Assembly (NCBI GenBank): GCA_002104945.1
Contig: MCFH01000004.1
Coordinates: 124,001-188,000 of the forward strand
Origin: Piromyces finnis finn
Lineage: Eukaryota > Fungi > Neocallimastigomycota
Direction: 5' to 3'
Length of the DNA stretch: 64,000 nucleotides
Below, piece by piece: positions 28,452 through 45,823 of this stretch (within the stretch, counting starts at the first letter, position 1; the number at the start of each line of letters is the position of its first letter). A model generated the notes under the pieces. It was not told the DNA's origin. It searched no databases and saw only the letters and a list, made by a program, of their open reading frames with translations. The translations under genes were made by a program, and so were the position numbers.

Positions 28452-29320
28452 TTTTTATAATTCGAGAAAAAAAAAATTAAAAAATGAATATCTGTAAGAT
28501 CATTTATTTGTACAATAAATATAATTAAATATATATACAGCGCATAACTTTGGAAAGATTAAACAAAGGCTGAAACTAAAAAAAAAAAAACAAATACAAA
28601 CAAAAAAAATAAAGACATTCATAAAACAATAAATTAAATATATAAATATTTTTGTTTAGATTAAGTAGTAATTATATTTAATGAATTTAATTAATTTAAT
28701 TTTAATAATTTAAAAATGAGAAAAGATGTAATGGTTTTGATTATAAAATAAAAAAGTTTGTTTATTTATAAAAAGATTTTAAAATACATTGATAATGTAG
28801 TATAATAAGAGTTAAATGAATAGATTAACAGTTTTTTAGTATTTAATATTTTAATTGATTTATACTTTTTATATTATTAATTATCTGTAATATAATTGTA
28901 AATATTGTTAATTAAAGGAATAAATAATGTTAAATAATTTAAGATTATTTTTGAGAAGTATTACCACAAAAAGAAATAACAGTTTTAATAAAAAAGTTAA
29001 ATCTTTATTTTTTTAATATATTATTATTATTATTGTTATTTATTGGTTGTTAATAATGAATACTAAAAGTATGCTATTTATAAAAGAAAAAAGAGAATAA
29101 TATTTATTATCATTATTTTTTTTTTTATTTAAAAAGCATAGTTTTTTAATCTTATTAATATATTTAAAAATATATAATATAGGTTATTTTTTAAATACTT
29201 TATTAAATATATCGAAAATTTAAATTTATTGTAGGTAAGAACTAAGATATTTTAATCTATTGTAAATATCGTTTTTGATAGATTTCCTAGAAAAAAAATA
29301 TAAATAGTTATAAGACTTTT

Positions 29321-30064
29321 TTAATCTTTTAAAATGCCAATTAAACTTAAAGTGGCAGTTTTGATATTATTTAAATACAACAAGTGACAATATAAACATA
29401 AGAAAATATAATACCAACTAAATAAAGTGGAAATTTTTGTATCTCTTTATTTAATTTATTAAAACTGAATTCAAAATGATAAAACGAAAATAATAAACTA
29501 GATACTACATAAGCTAATAATTTAGAAAAACGTGAAAAAATACCAAAAAGGATCTTTCTAATACTAATTCTTCTCTAATAGGAAAAGACTTAAAATAAGA
29601 AGTGCTCCAGTCATTGAAGTTTTGGATAAGTCATTTAAATTTTTATTATTAGAATTAGTTGCTTCTGGACTAATACGTTGAACTATGTAATCTGAAATAG
29701 CAGTAGCAAATTGGAAAAAGAGAAAAGCTCCTATTGCATATGTATAAACCTTTTTCTTGAAGAATTGATTTTTAAAATGAATAAGAGAATTGAAAATCCA
29801 ACTTTCACATTTTTTGCTCATGGTGTAGTCTAGATTTATAAACACAATAAAAGCAATACTAATAATGATGATAGAAATCCCCAATATATAGAGATTGATA
29901 GAAGATACATATTCATATTCATATTCTTCATTGTCATCATTATTATTATCTCTTTGATTATCTATTTCCTTATTTTCAATATATATTTTTTCTTTAATTT
30001 GTTTTAGTATTGGTCTTTTTTAAAGATTTTCAGCTGGTATTTTATTATTATTTGAGTATTCCAT
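29321..30064 (-). pseudogene. Decayed CPBP (Abi / type II CAAX protease-like) intramembrane metalloprotease, intronless
   Basis: ATG at 30064 is followed by an in-frame TAA at codon 15 (30020-30022), and the frame then stays open to ~29585. Restoring single T's near 29585 and 29560 gives FPIREELV(F)RKILFGIFSRFSKLLAYVVSSLLFSFYHFEFSF...FPLYLVGIIFSYVY, i.e. the EExxxR and FxxxH motifs. A further shift gives H...LNNIK..SLIGILKD*. Confidence 0.75.
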
Positions 30065-30941
30065 TTCTATCTTTTATTAATAAACAATATTATTATTTTT
30101 TTAATTGCTATTATTCTTTTTATTATTTTTTTTAAAAATTTTTTTTTAAATTTTTAGAAATTAAAATTTTAAATGAACTTTTATTTTTATTTGTTACATT
30201 TGTAAATGTCATTAATATATAAATTAAAAAAAAAAAAAGGGTGTATGAATAATTAAATATAATAAAAATAGGAAAATGAAAGAGTATCATTTAAACCTGT
30301 ATTACAAAAATGAAAATTACACTCATATTTACATTAAAGCGTGGCATATTAATGAAACAAAGAACAATTTAGTATTTAAAAATATTTTATTCTGATTTTA
30401 TGGCAGTAATGTTAAAAGTATGATCATATTTAAAAGCTTTACTTTATATAATTACTATTTTTATTTCATTTCTTCTTTCTACTTATTAAAATAACGAATA
30501 GAGGAAAATTTTTAAAAATTAGTAAACATTTTTAGAAAAATGTTGTTTAGTTTCATATAGTTATGTTTAACTCTAATAATTAGTTTCAAGTTTCCTATTT
30601 ATTTTAATAACCTTATTGAAACTAATTGTTTTTTAATATTTAAAAATTTCTAAAATTTTTCAATATAGTATATAATAAAAATAATAAATAGAGGAAATAA
30701 TGAAAAATAATTCTAAAAAGAATAATTCATCAAGCTACTATTTTTAAAAAATGGAATATTATTATATTTAAAATTTTGAATTATATATAGATAAAGTTTA
30801 TATAATTTTATAGTTTTTTTAGACTTTAAAGACATTTTTACTTTTTCATTTTAAAAATTATTGTTCAAATTGCTTTTTAAATTATTATAACAGCTTATAT
30901 TATTATATTATAAATGATTAATTATTAAAATAAAAGCAAAT

Positions 30942-31849
30942 ATGAACTGGATTTATAAAATACTATTACTTTTATTTTCTATTACAAGTAATGCATAGTA
31001 TAGTATATCATAAATAAAGTTAAGATTTACTAATTTAGAAGAAAAAATAATTTATATTATATAATTATTAATTTTATAGATTACTGTCATGGAATACAAT
31101 TAAATGTTATTGTTTCTTCAATGGATATTTCAGGTCTAACATTTAAATTATATGTAGACGAGTTTAATAACTATTCAAAAGAAAAAAATTTAGATATTGA
31201 TCTGAAGTTAAATCTGTTAACAATGAACAATTTTTCTGTTTCTATGGTGAATTCAAATATGATGTTTGAATCCTTACTTAAAAAAAAAAAAAGTTCTTAC
31301 GATATTTATTTTTTTGATGCTTCATGGACTCGTCAATACTGTCCTTATTTTGTTAATTTAAGTAAATATTTAGAGAAGGATCATATTAATAAATTCAATG
31401 AAAATATTATTTCTCAACTCTGTTTCTGCGATGATCATTTAATTGGTCTTGTATGAATATTTATATTATTATTTATATTATAATCATACATATTTATTAT
31501 TATTTTATTATTAACATATAAAATGAATTATTATTGTTAGCCATTAATATTAGGTTATGAAGGATTATATTCGAATATAGAATTATTGAAAAAATATAAT
31601 AAAAGAGTACCTAAAACTTGGAAAGAATTATTAGATACAGGAAAAGAAATTTTAGAAAAAGAAAGAGAATTGAATAATACCGAATTAATTGGATATAATG
31701 GGGAATTTTTTGGTAATTAAATGTTCTAAACTTAATTTAAATATGAATACTTGAGTATAATTATCTATATATTAAATTCATAAATATGGAAAATTCCTCC
31801 ATATTAATATTTTTATTCATATTATTCATATTATTACTATTACTATTAC

Positions 31850-31891
<42 letters not shown>

Positions 31892-33736
31892 GTTTATTAA
31901 TATAGATTTATTTATTAATTAAAAATTTTTTTTATGATAGATAATGAAGTGGGGCTATGTTCAATCTATGAATTTATTCATTCAAGTAGAGAAACCATTG
32001 ATTCACCATTTCCCGATTTAAGAAGTAAAGAAGTATTAGATGCTGTATTACTACTTAAAGAAATTAAAGAAGAAATTTCTTCAGGTTAGTCAATTTATTT
32101 ATTATGTAACACTAATTAGTATAATTTAACATCAACTCAAATATCTTTGAAAAAAATATAAGTCAATATTATTGAAATTATTTAAATAAGATAAAAAATA
32201 TTAGCATATTAAATAAACATTTATAAAAAATATAAAAATACAGATGAAATTTTTACATCTAATTTAGATTATGCGTTTTCTAAACTTCAAGATGGAAAAG
32301 CAATATTTTTGAAATTTTATGTTTATTTTACGGAACTGATTAGAACAGATTCACCTTATGAAATGACTAGTTTACCTGGAATTAATGAAGGTGTTTCTAG
32401 TACAATATTAACTGGATACAACATTGGTATTGCTAATAACTTAGATGAGGAAAAGTTAGAAAGTGCATTAAAAGTTGTTAAATATTTAACTTCAAGGGAA
32501 GTTCAAAAAAAGTTAGTTTTACAAAATATGATTATATCAGCGATGACATCTATATATGATGATGAAGAGGTTTGCGCAAATATTAAAAATTGTAAAATGT
32601 TTAGAGATGCTCAACCAATAGCAAAGCCAGTCGATAAAACAAAAGATTTTAATGAATATGCTGCAAGATTTTCAGAATATTTTTATAGTTTCTTATATAA
32701 TAATGAAGATGCATCTACGATTTTAAGAAAAATAGATGATTTAGCAAGAGTTTATTTTATTCAAATTAATTCAAAAGAAACATCCATTGGATTAATTATT
32801 TTTACTCTTTTAATTATCACAATACCTTTAATACTTTTATCTTTAATATTTATTCATATTAATAAATTTTCAGACCATTTTAGTTTTCTATCCAAACCAT
32901 CATGGTATTTAATTATTATTGGAATAGTGGTTAGTTTATCTTCTGGATTTACAAAATTTGGAATGATATCTGATATTAAATGCCATTTAAATGATATTTT
33001 ATTTTACACTGGTTATTCAATAATTTATATCCCAATATTATGCAAATTGATTATATCCTTCCCAGAAGAAAATAAGTATTCAAAATGGATTAGTGAAAAT
33101 AGATATAAATTTGTTTTAATGTTATTTTCTATCTATATCATTCTCAATGGATTAACTTTTATTGATACTTACGATATAGAAGATATTATTGTTAATGAAG
33201 GACAAAATTTTCAAATATGTGCGAAGAATCGAATATTCACAAAATTAATGTATTTATTAATTATAGGTTATAATATTATAATTATATTGTCTATATTTTT
33301 ATTAATATTTATTGAATGGAACTTAAAAATAGTATTTTATGACATAAGATTTGTATTGACATCTCTTTATTTGAGCATAATAACTTTTGCAATATCTTCC
33401 GTATTTAACATTTTGAAAATACAAAATTATATTTTATATTTTATATTATATGAATGTTCTCTTTTTATTATTTCAATAATAAATTATTTAACACTTTATG
33501 GAATTCGGTTATTATTACCAAGATTAATGAAAAGAAATTCTGAAATGGATATTATTGAAAAAATTCGAGTTCATGAATCATCATATGAAAAATCAGAAAA
33601 TATTCAATCAAATACTTTTACTTCGAATCAAACCAATAGTATAACTTCTAGAGTATCTGGTGCAACTAATACCACATCAAAATCAAATTCTTTATATTCA
33701 AAAATCGTTGAATACCATTACTCTAAACACAAATAA
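30942..33736 (+). CDS. Solute-binding-protein (PBP2/SBP_bac_1-like) - class C GPCR fusion receptor, copy A; exons 30942-30987, 31080-31450, 31541-31712, 31941-32084, 32244-33736
   Basis: Signal peptide MNWIYKILLLLFSIT. SBP motifs YDIYFFDASWT..Y..YFVNL, PLILGYEGLYSN.ELLKKYNKRVPKTW, SLPG....S..L.GYNIGI. Seven hydrophobic segments with TM3 Cys (DIKCHL), ECL2 Cys (FQIC), YDIRF and LLPR, as in class C 7tm_3. Confidence 0.88.
31830..31888. repeat. (ATT)n/(ACT) microsatellite in intron 3 of receptor copy A
   Basis: Visible array; absent from the matching intron of copy B. Confidence 0.9.
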
Positions 33737-35126
33737 GCATATTAATAAAAAAAGATAAATATATGGAATTATAATGTATAATTCTACATTGAAATTTTTC
33801 ACAATAAATAAAAAACAAAAAACAGAAAATGATTTTTCACAGTATATTTAAACAAATAAATCTATAGAAAATATTAAGAAGAAAATTTTGAGTGAAATTT
33901 ATATAGTTCAATAAAAACTTTTTAATTATTGAGGAAAATTTTAATTAATGAAAAATGATACTTTTTAAAATTTTAAATTTATAAAGATTATTATTTCCAA
34001 TTATAATTTTTTCATATGATACTCTTTTTCTTCTAATTTTTTAATATTTTATTTGATTAATAAGAAATGAAAAATAATAAAATATTTTTTATTATTTTTA
34101 TTATTTAATATATTAACATTACTATATATTATAAAAAAAAAAAAAATAAAATAAAATATTGCTTTATTAAATTAGGATAATAATATATTATTATTATCAT
34201 TATAATCATGGGATATTGCTATTTCGAAAAAAAAAAAAAAATAATTTTTTTATAACTGTACCTTTTCAATATAAAGAATAATTTTTGATTATTAATAGAT
34301 ATTTCCAAAGAATGATTTATCTTTTTAGTTTTAGTATATATAATTTTAATAAGAAATTAATAAAATTTTTATTTATGCAGCTTAATACTAAATACTATGC
34401 TACCTTACAGCTTTTTTTAAAGATATTTATTATACTTTTTTTTAGTAAAGAATAAAAAGAAAATAAAAGTAATTTTGAAAAGCTATTTTGGGTATAATAA
34501 CATAATATATTTTAATTTCCATTATAATTATAATTAGAGATATATTTTTATTTTTAATTTCAAATATTTCAATTACTAATTTTACTATTATTTTATTGTA
34601 TACAATACATGTATATTATGCTTTTCATTATATGAAGATTTTTATATAGGAAAGCTTGAAGCTGGTGTTTTATTAATACAAAAGATTTTATATTATATTT
34701 CTTTATAATATGTATATATAAAAAAGTTATTAAAATAAAGAGTATATAACAATATCAAAATTAAAATAATTTTAATAAGCTTATTTAAGTTTATTTTAAA
34801 ATTAAAATATAAATTTAATTATAATATTAAATATTCCTAATTTAAAAAAAAAGATAAATTTTTGTAAATAGGATGTATTATTTTACTAAATTAAAAATAA
34901 TCTATTCAGATATCCTTTTCCATTAAAAATAAAAATATTGAATATAAAAGAGAATGAAGCATTTTTTTTATAAAAGTATTGTAAAATATATTATTTATAA
35001 AAAAGCGTTAAAAATAAAAATCTTATTCTTTTATTAAATCTATAAATTTTTATTTGTCAACAAAAACTTTATATATCTTTAAATATTATTTATTAAAATA
35101 TTAGGTTATATGGATATATTTTTATT

Positions 35127-35160
<34 letters not shown>

Positions 35161-35255
35161 TTTTTTGTTTTTTCATTTTTGAATTTGAAAAAAATTTATG
35201 AATTTAATAAATTTAAATCATATATATGATATAAAATATTTATAAATAATAAAAA

Positions 35256-38055
35256 ATGAGGCTCATCACATTATTATTCTTATTACTATTCTTTTTAATA
35301 AGTAAATACTTTATACTTTTTAAAAATAAATTAAAAAAAAACTTGATATTTATAACTATTTATTTCTTATTATATATTATTTTATTGTTATTATTTCAGG
35401 ATATAGTAATGGGATAGAGTTAAATGCAATTGCTTTTTCAATTGAAAGCTCAGGTCTAGGATTTGGTTTATATATTGATGAATTTAATAAATATGCAAAA
35501 AAAAATAACTTGGATATTAACTTGAAATTAAATCTATTAACAATGAACAATTTTTCTGTTTCTATCGAAAATACAAATATGATGTTTGAATCCTTACTTA
35601 AAAAAAAAAAAAGTTTATATGATATTTATTTTTATGATGCTTCATGGACTCAACAATACTGTCCTTATTTTGTTAATTTAAGTAAATATTTAGGGAAGGA
35701 TCATATTAATAAATTTAATGAAAATATTGTTTCTCAACTCTGTCTATGTGATGGTCATTTAATTGGACTCGTATGAACATTTATACTATACTAAATATTT
35801 TATTTTATTTTTTTAGTATCTATTATAAATATGTATTAATACATTTTATATTATATAAAAAATTAAAAGTAACATCAATTTTAATTTTTATAATTTTAAC
35901 TTTAATATAATAATTATTTGTAGCCTGTGGAATTACATTACGAAGCATTATATTCAAATAAAGAATTATTGAAAAAATATAATAAAAGAGTACCTAAAAC
36001 TTGGAAAGAATTATTAGATACAGGAAAAGAAATTTTAGAAAAAGAAAGAGCATTAAATAATATCGAATTAATTGGATATAATGGGGGATTTTTTGGTAAT
36101 TAAATGTTCTAAATGTAGTTTAAATATGAATAATTGAGTATAATTATCTATATATTAAGATTCATATATATGAATGAATTCAGTATTAATTATATATATC
36201 ATCATTATTATTGTTTGCTATTTATTCATTTATTATATATACAATTTAACAATAAATTTATTTCATAATTTATTAATAATTTTAAATTCCAAAGACATTG
36301 AGACAGGGATATGTTCAATTTATGAATTTATACATTCGAGTAGAGAAGACATTAATTCACCATTTCCCGATTTAAGAAGTAAAGAAGTATTAGATGCTGT
36401 ATTACTACTTAAAGAAATTAAAGAAGAAATTTCTTCAGGTTAGTCAATTTATTCATTATATATCATTAATTATTAATAAAAGATGTAAAATCAATTTATA
36501 ATATTTTATAATTTTATTGTTCTATAGATTAGTTATAAATAAAATAAAGGAAACAAAAAAAACATAATAATTATTGTAATTTATATATTTTATTTACATA
36601 TTAATTATAATATATTTATAATAATATAAAAATACAGATGAAATTTTTACATCTAATTTAGATTATGCGTTTTCTAAACTTCAAGATGGAAAAGCAATAT
36701 TTTTGAAATTTTATGTTTATTTTACGGAACTGATTAGAACAGATTCACCTTATGAAATGACTAGTTTACCTGGAATTAATGAAGGTGTTTCTAGTACAAT
36801 ATTAACTGGATATAACATTGGTATTGCTAATAGCTTAGATGAGGAAAAGTTAGAAAGTGCATTAAAAGTTGTTAAATATTTAACTTCAAGAGAAGTTCAA
36901 AAAAAGTTTGTTTTACAAAATATGACTATATCAGCGATGACATCTTTATATGATGATGAAGAGGTTTGCGCAAATATTAAAAATTGTAAAATGTTTAGAG
37001 ATGCTCAACCAATAGCAAAGCCAGTCGATAAAACAAAAGATTTTAATGAATATGCTGCAAGATTTTCAGAATATTTTTATAGTTTCTTATATAATAATGA
37101 AGATGCATCTACGATTTTAAGAAAAATAGATGATTTAGCAAGAGTTTATTATATTCAAATTAATTCAAAAGAAACATCCATTGGATTAATTATTTTTACT
37201 CTTTTAATTATCACAATACCTTTAATACTTTTATCTTTAATATTTATTCATATTAATAAATTTTCAGACCATTTTAGTTTTCTATCCAAACCATCATGGT
37301 ATTTAATTATTATTGGAATAGTGGTTAGTTTATCTTCTGGATTTACAAAATTTGGAATGATATCTGATATTAAATGCCATTTAAATGATATTTTATTTTA
37401 TACTGGTTATTCAATAATTTATATCCCAATGTTATGGAAATTAATTATTTTATTAAAATTAGAAAATAAGTATTCAAAATGGATTACTAAAAACAGATGT
37501 AAATTTATATCAATATTCGGTTTAATCAATCTCATTCTCAATGGATTAACTTTAATTGATTCGTATGATATAGAAGATATTATTGTTAATGAAGGACAAA
37601 ATTTTCAAATATGTGCGAAGAATCGAATATTCACAAAATTAATGTATTTATTAATTATAGGTTATAATATTATAATTATGACTACATTATTATTATTAAT
37701 ATTTATTGAATGGGGTTTAAGAAAAATGTACTATGACATAAGATTTATATTAACGTCACTTTACTTGAATATAATAACCTTTATCATATTTTCTGTGTTT
37801 AACTTTTTAAAAATACATAATTATATTTTATACTTTATATTACATATGAGTTCTCTCTTCATTATTTCAATAATAAATTATTTAACACTTTATGGAATTC
37901 GGTTATTTATTCCTCAATCAAAGAAGAGCAGTGGAAATGAATCAATAATATATGATAAAACTGAAGTTCATGAATCAACATATAGAAATTCAGAAAATAT
38001 TCAAACTAATACTTTTTTTTCGTTTCAAACTAAAAATATATTTTCTGAAGTATAA
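35256..38055 (+). CDS. SBP - class C GPCR fusion receptor, copy B (tandem paralogue with the same five-exon structure and a shorter tail)
   Basis: Signal peptide MRLITLLFLLLFFLI. Same intron positions and phases as copy A; the first part of exon 5 is nearly identical to copy A. Confidence 0.88.
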
Positions 38056-39880
38056 TCATTGAAGTTAAAAAAAATTAATTCCTTAATATATAAAGTTAAT
38101 AAAATGTCACTTTCAAATAAGTCAATAAATATGTATGAATATTAATAAAAATAAATAATATTTTTATTTTTAATTATTCAATTTTTTAATTTATATTTGG
38201 TTACATTTATAATACATTACATTATAAATAATTTACAATAAAAATTTAAATATATGAATTACTATGATTATTATATAATAATTTAATAAAATTTTAAATG
38301 AAATTTATAAAAATTTATTGGATTATTTTTTAATTAAAATGTATAAAAATGTTTATTTTATTTCATAAGATGGAAAATCAATAAAACTGTAATATGACTA
38401 AAATATCAATTACAAGAATTACAAATAAGAAATAAAACATTTAAAAAGTAATTTTGTTTAGGTTTAGTTATAAAAATGCATCTATTTTATATATAGAATT
38501 ATATCTTAATCTTACATTCATTATTTTAGTACTAACTATTAAATAATTACCTCTATGGTTTTATTATAATTAAAAGTAATTTTAAAACATAAATAGAATA
38601 TTTATTTTTTATACTACAAAATAATATATTATTTATTTGCTATATTTATATAATAATAATATTTTAAATTCTATAATAAAAAAATATTATTATGATCTTA
38701 AATATTATTATATATTAATTATTTTGTGTAACATCCAAAAATAATATTAAATAAAATTTATTATAAAATAAAATTAAGATATTATATTAATATTATATTA
38801 ATTATTTAATATGACAATAATAATTTTTGGTAAAATATAATTTTTATATATAATATAATAACATATTATAGTATAATTTTAATCTATGTATATTTATGAA
38901 CTTAATATAATTTTAAATTAATCAACAATTATAATATTTAATTATTCTTTTTTTGTAGATTATTAATTTTAATAATTATTAAAATTAATTAAAAGAAAAA
39001 AAAAATTAATTTTACATAAAATGAAGAGAAATTTGTTAAATATGAAATTTAAGAATTTTATATATATAATTTAATTGTTATTATAATTTTATATCGTTTA
39101 TTTTCTGTTTTTTTTCATCTTAGTTATCATTATTTTATTTATAAATGTGTATAAAAATTATTGTTATTATTTTAACAATATTATTATTTTAAGTAATTAC
39201 AATAATAATTTAATACTTTTTTTTATTTCAACATTGTTATTGAATTTATTGACATTTAATAAAGTTTCAGAAAACTTTATTAAATAATTAATTAGAAATT
39301 TTACTTTATGATTTTAATTAAAAAAACTAAAAGTATAATAAATATAAATTATACAAAATGAAATAAAAAACTTTTTTTTTCTTTTTTTTTTTAAAAAAAC
39401 AAAAAAAAAAAAAGTTTAAAATATTAATAAAACAGGTCTTTTTTTTTTTTTATTTTTTTTTGTATAAATAAAATAATAATTAGAAATGTTATAAAAAAAA
39501 AGGTAATTTTATTAAATAAAATTGGTTAAAAAAGGAAAACAAAATAATAAAACGATAGATTTAAAAAACAATTGAATGTATTAATGTTAAATTAACCTTT
39601 AATTCATTTATATATATTCTATATTAATATTTAAATCTAATTATATACACTCTCTTCCTTTTATTATTATTAACATATAAATAAAAATAAAAACAAATAA
39701 AAAATAAATAAAAAACACTTATTAAAATTCTTTTTTTTAAAAAAAACAAACTAAATATAGAAAAATTTCAAAATAGGAATTAAAATTAAAATTAAAAAAT
39801 ACTAAATAAAAATAAAAATTCAAACTTATAAATATTATATATATTCATTTGTAAACTGGCTTATCAAATTAAAATATATA

Positions 39881-44164
<4,284 letters not shown>

Positions 44165-44695
44165 TCCTTTTATCCTTCATTATCATTTTCAGACCTTTCT
44201 TTACGCTCAATAAAATCGATGATAATTATAATACAATTATAAAATAAAAATATGAAAATAACCCAATTACAAAGATTCAATTTCAACTATTTCATTATCA
44301 ATAAATAACAAGATAATTATTCAAATATTACATCAAATATGTATTATGAGGTTTATAATAAAAATATTGGATGAGAATATAAATTTGAAAATAAAATAAT
44401 TTTTTAAATTTTTCTTTCCATTTCATTTATTAAAATGAATATTATAATATTCAAAAAAATTTCAAATAAATTATACAATATCACAATTAGCCTTTAAAAA
44501 ATATTTTTTATTGTTCTTAAAGAAAGGAACACATAATAATATTTTCAATATTGAGGTATCCAAAATAAATGAAAAAGCTAAGCATAATAGTAATAGTAAT
44601 AATAAATGTAAATAATTTTATGCAAAAAAAAAAAAAAATAAAATACAAGTTTATTTATTTATTATATAATTCAATCAAAAATATTTATTAAACTT

Positions 44696-44735
<40 letters not shown>

Positions 44736-45823
44736 TATTAATGTTATGCTTAATTCACTTTTTTTTTTCCTTTATGAAAGAAAAATGTATATATAATAAT
44801 ATATTAAAACAGAATAATTTAAGGAAAATAAAAAGAAAACAAAAAAAGTATAACATCAAAATTAAAGGAAAATAATTACATTTTAAAAAATAGATATAAA
44901 AATAGAGAGAGGAATAATATTATTTTTTTAAAAAAAAAAAAAAAAAAGAAAGTAATACTAATGAATTCAATATAATAATTATTATTAGTTTCTTTTCAAA
45001 AAATGAATTACTTCAATATGATTATCATATCATCTTTAAATAAATAAACATATGATATTAGTATTAATAGAAAAAGAAATAATAATTATTTTATATTGTT
45101 TTTAAGTAAATAATATAAAAATAAAATTAAATATAATAAAAAAAGATAAAAAATTCTCTTATTATTATTTTATATTTTATTTTATAAAAGAAATAAAAAA
45201 AAAAAAATAAAAAATAAAAAAGTAGATTAACTTTTATTTTTTTTTTTTTTTAATTAATGTTAATTTTTTTTCACCATTATTAATTATATTTAATATATAT
45301 AGAATTATATTACAATATATTGTAATTAATTATTTTATTATGAATTTAATTTAAAATGAAGCAACTTCATAAATAAAAATATTATTTTATTTCAAAGTAA
45401 TTTTTTTTTTATTTTTATTTAGATTTCAAAATTAAAATTAAATTATAAATATTTTTGAATATTAATTATAATATAAATATATATTTAGTCAGCATAACAG
45501 AGTAATACAATAACATAGTACCTAGATTATTGATTTTTTTTATCAAAAGTTGAACAATAAAAATATTATAAAGAGAATACAAAAATATTAATGATTTAAA
45601 ATTTTCTAGATTTATAATATAATAAATTTAGAAATTTAACTGAAATTTGATTAATCATTTTAAATAAAGTATATCATTTATAAATAAATAATACAAATAT
45701 TATACTATTATTTTACATATTATTAAAGTAAACAATAAATATTATTATTTTAATTCATATTTTTCAAGAGTTTATTTTTTTCATTTTTGAAAAAAGAATA
45801 TATATATTATAAAATAAAACATA

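Noticed and set aside
44690-44730. Long poly-A run downstream of the intronless NFX1 copy as a retrocopy tail
   Set aside because: It lies about 530 bp past the stop with no target-site duplication, and similar A/T runs are common in the window. Tandem position plus internal deletion explains the intron loss.
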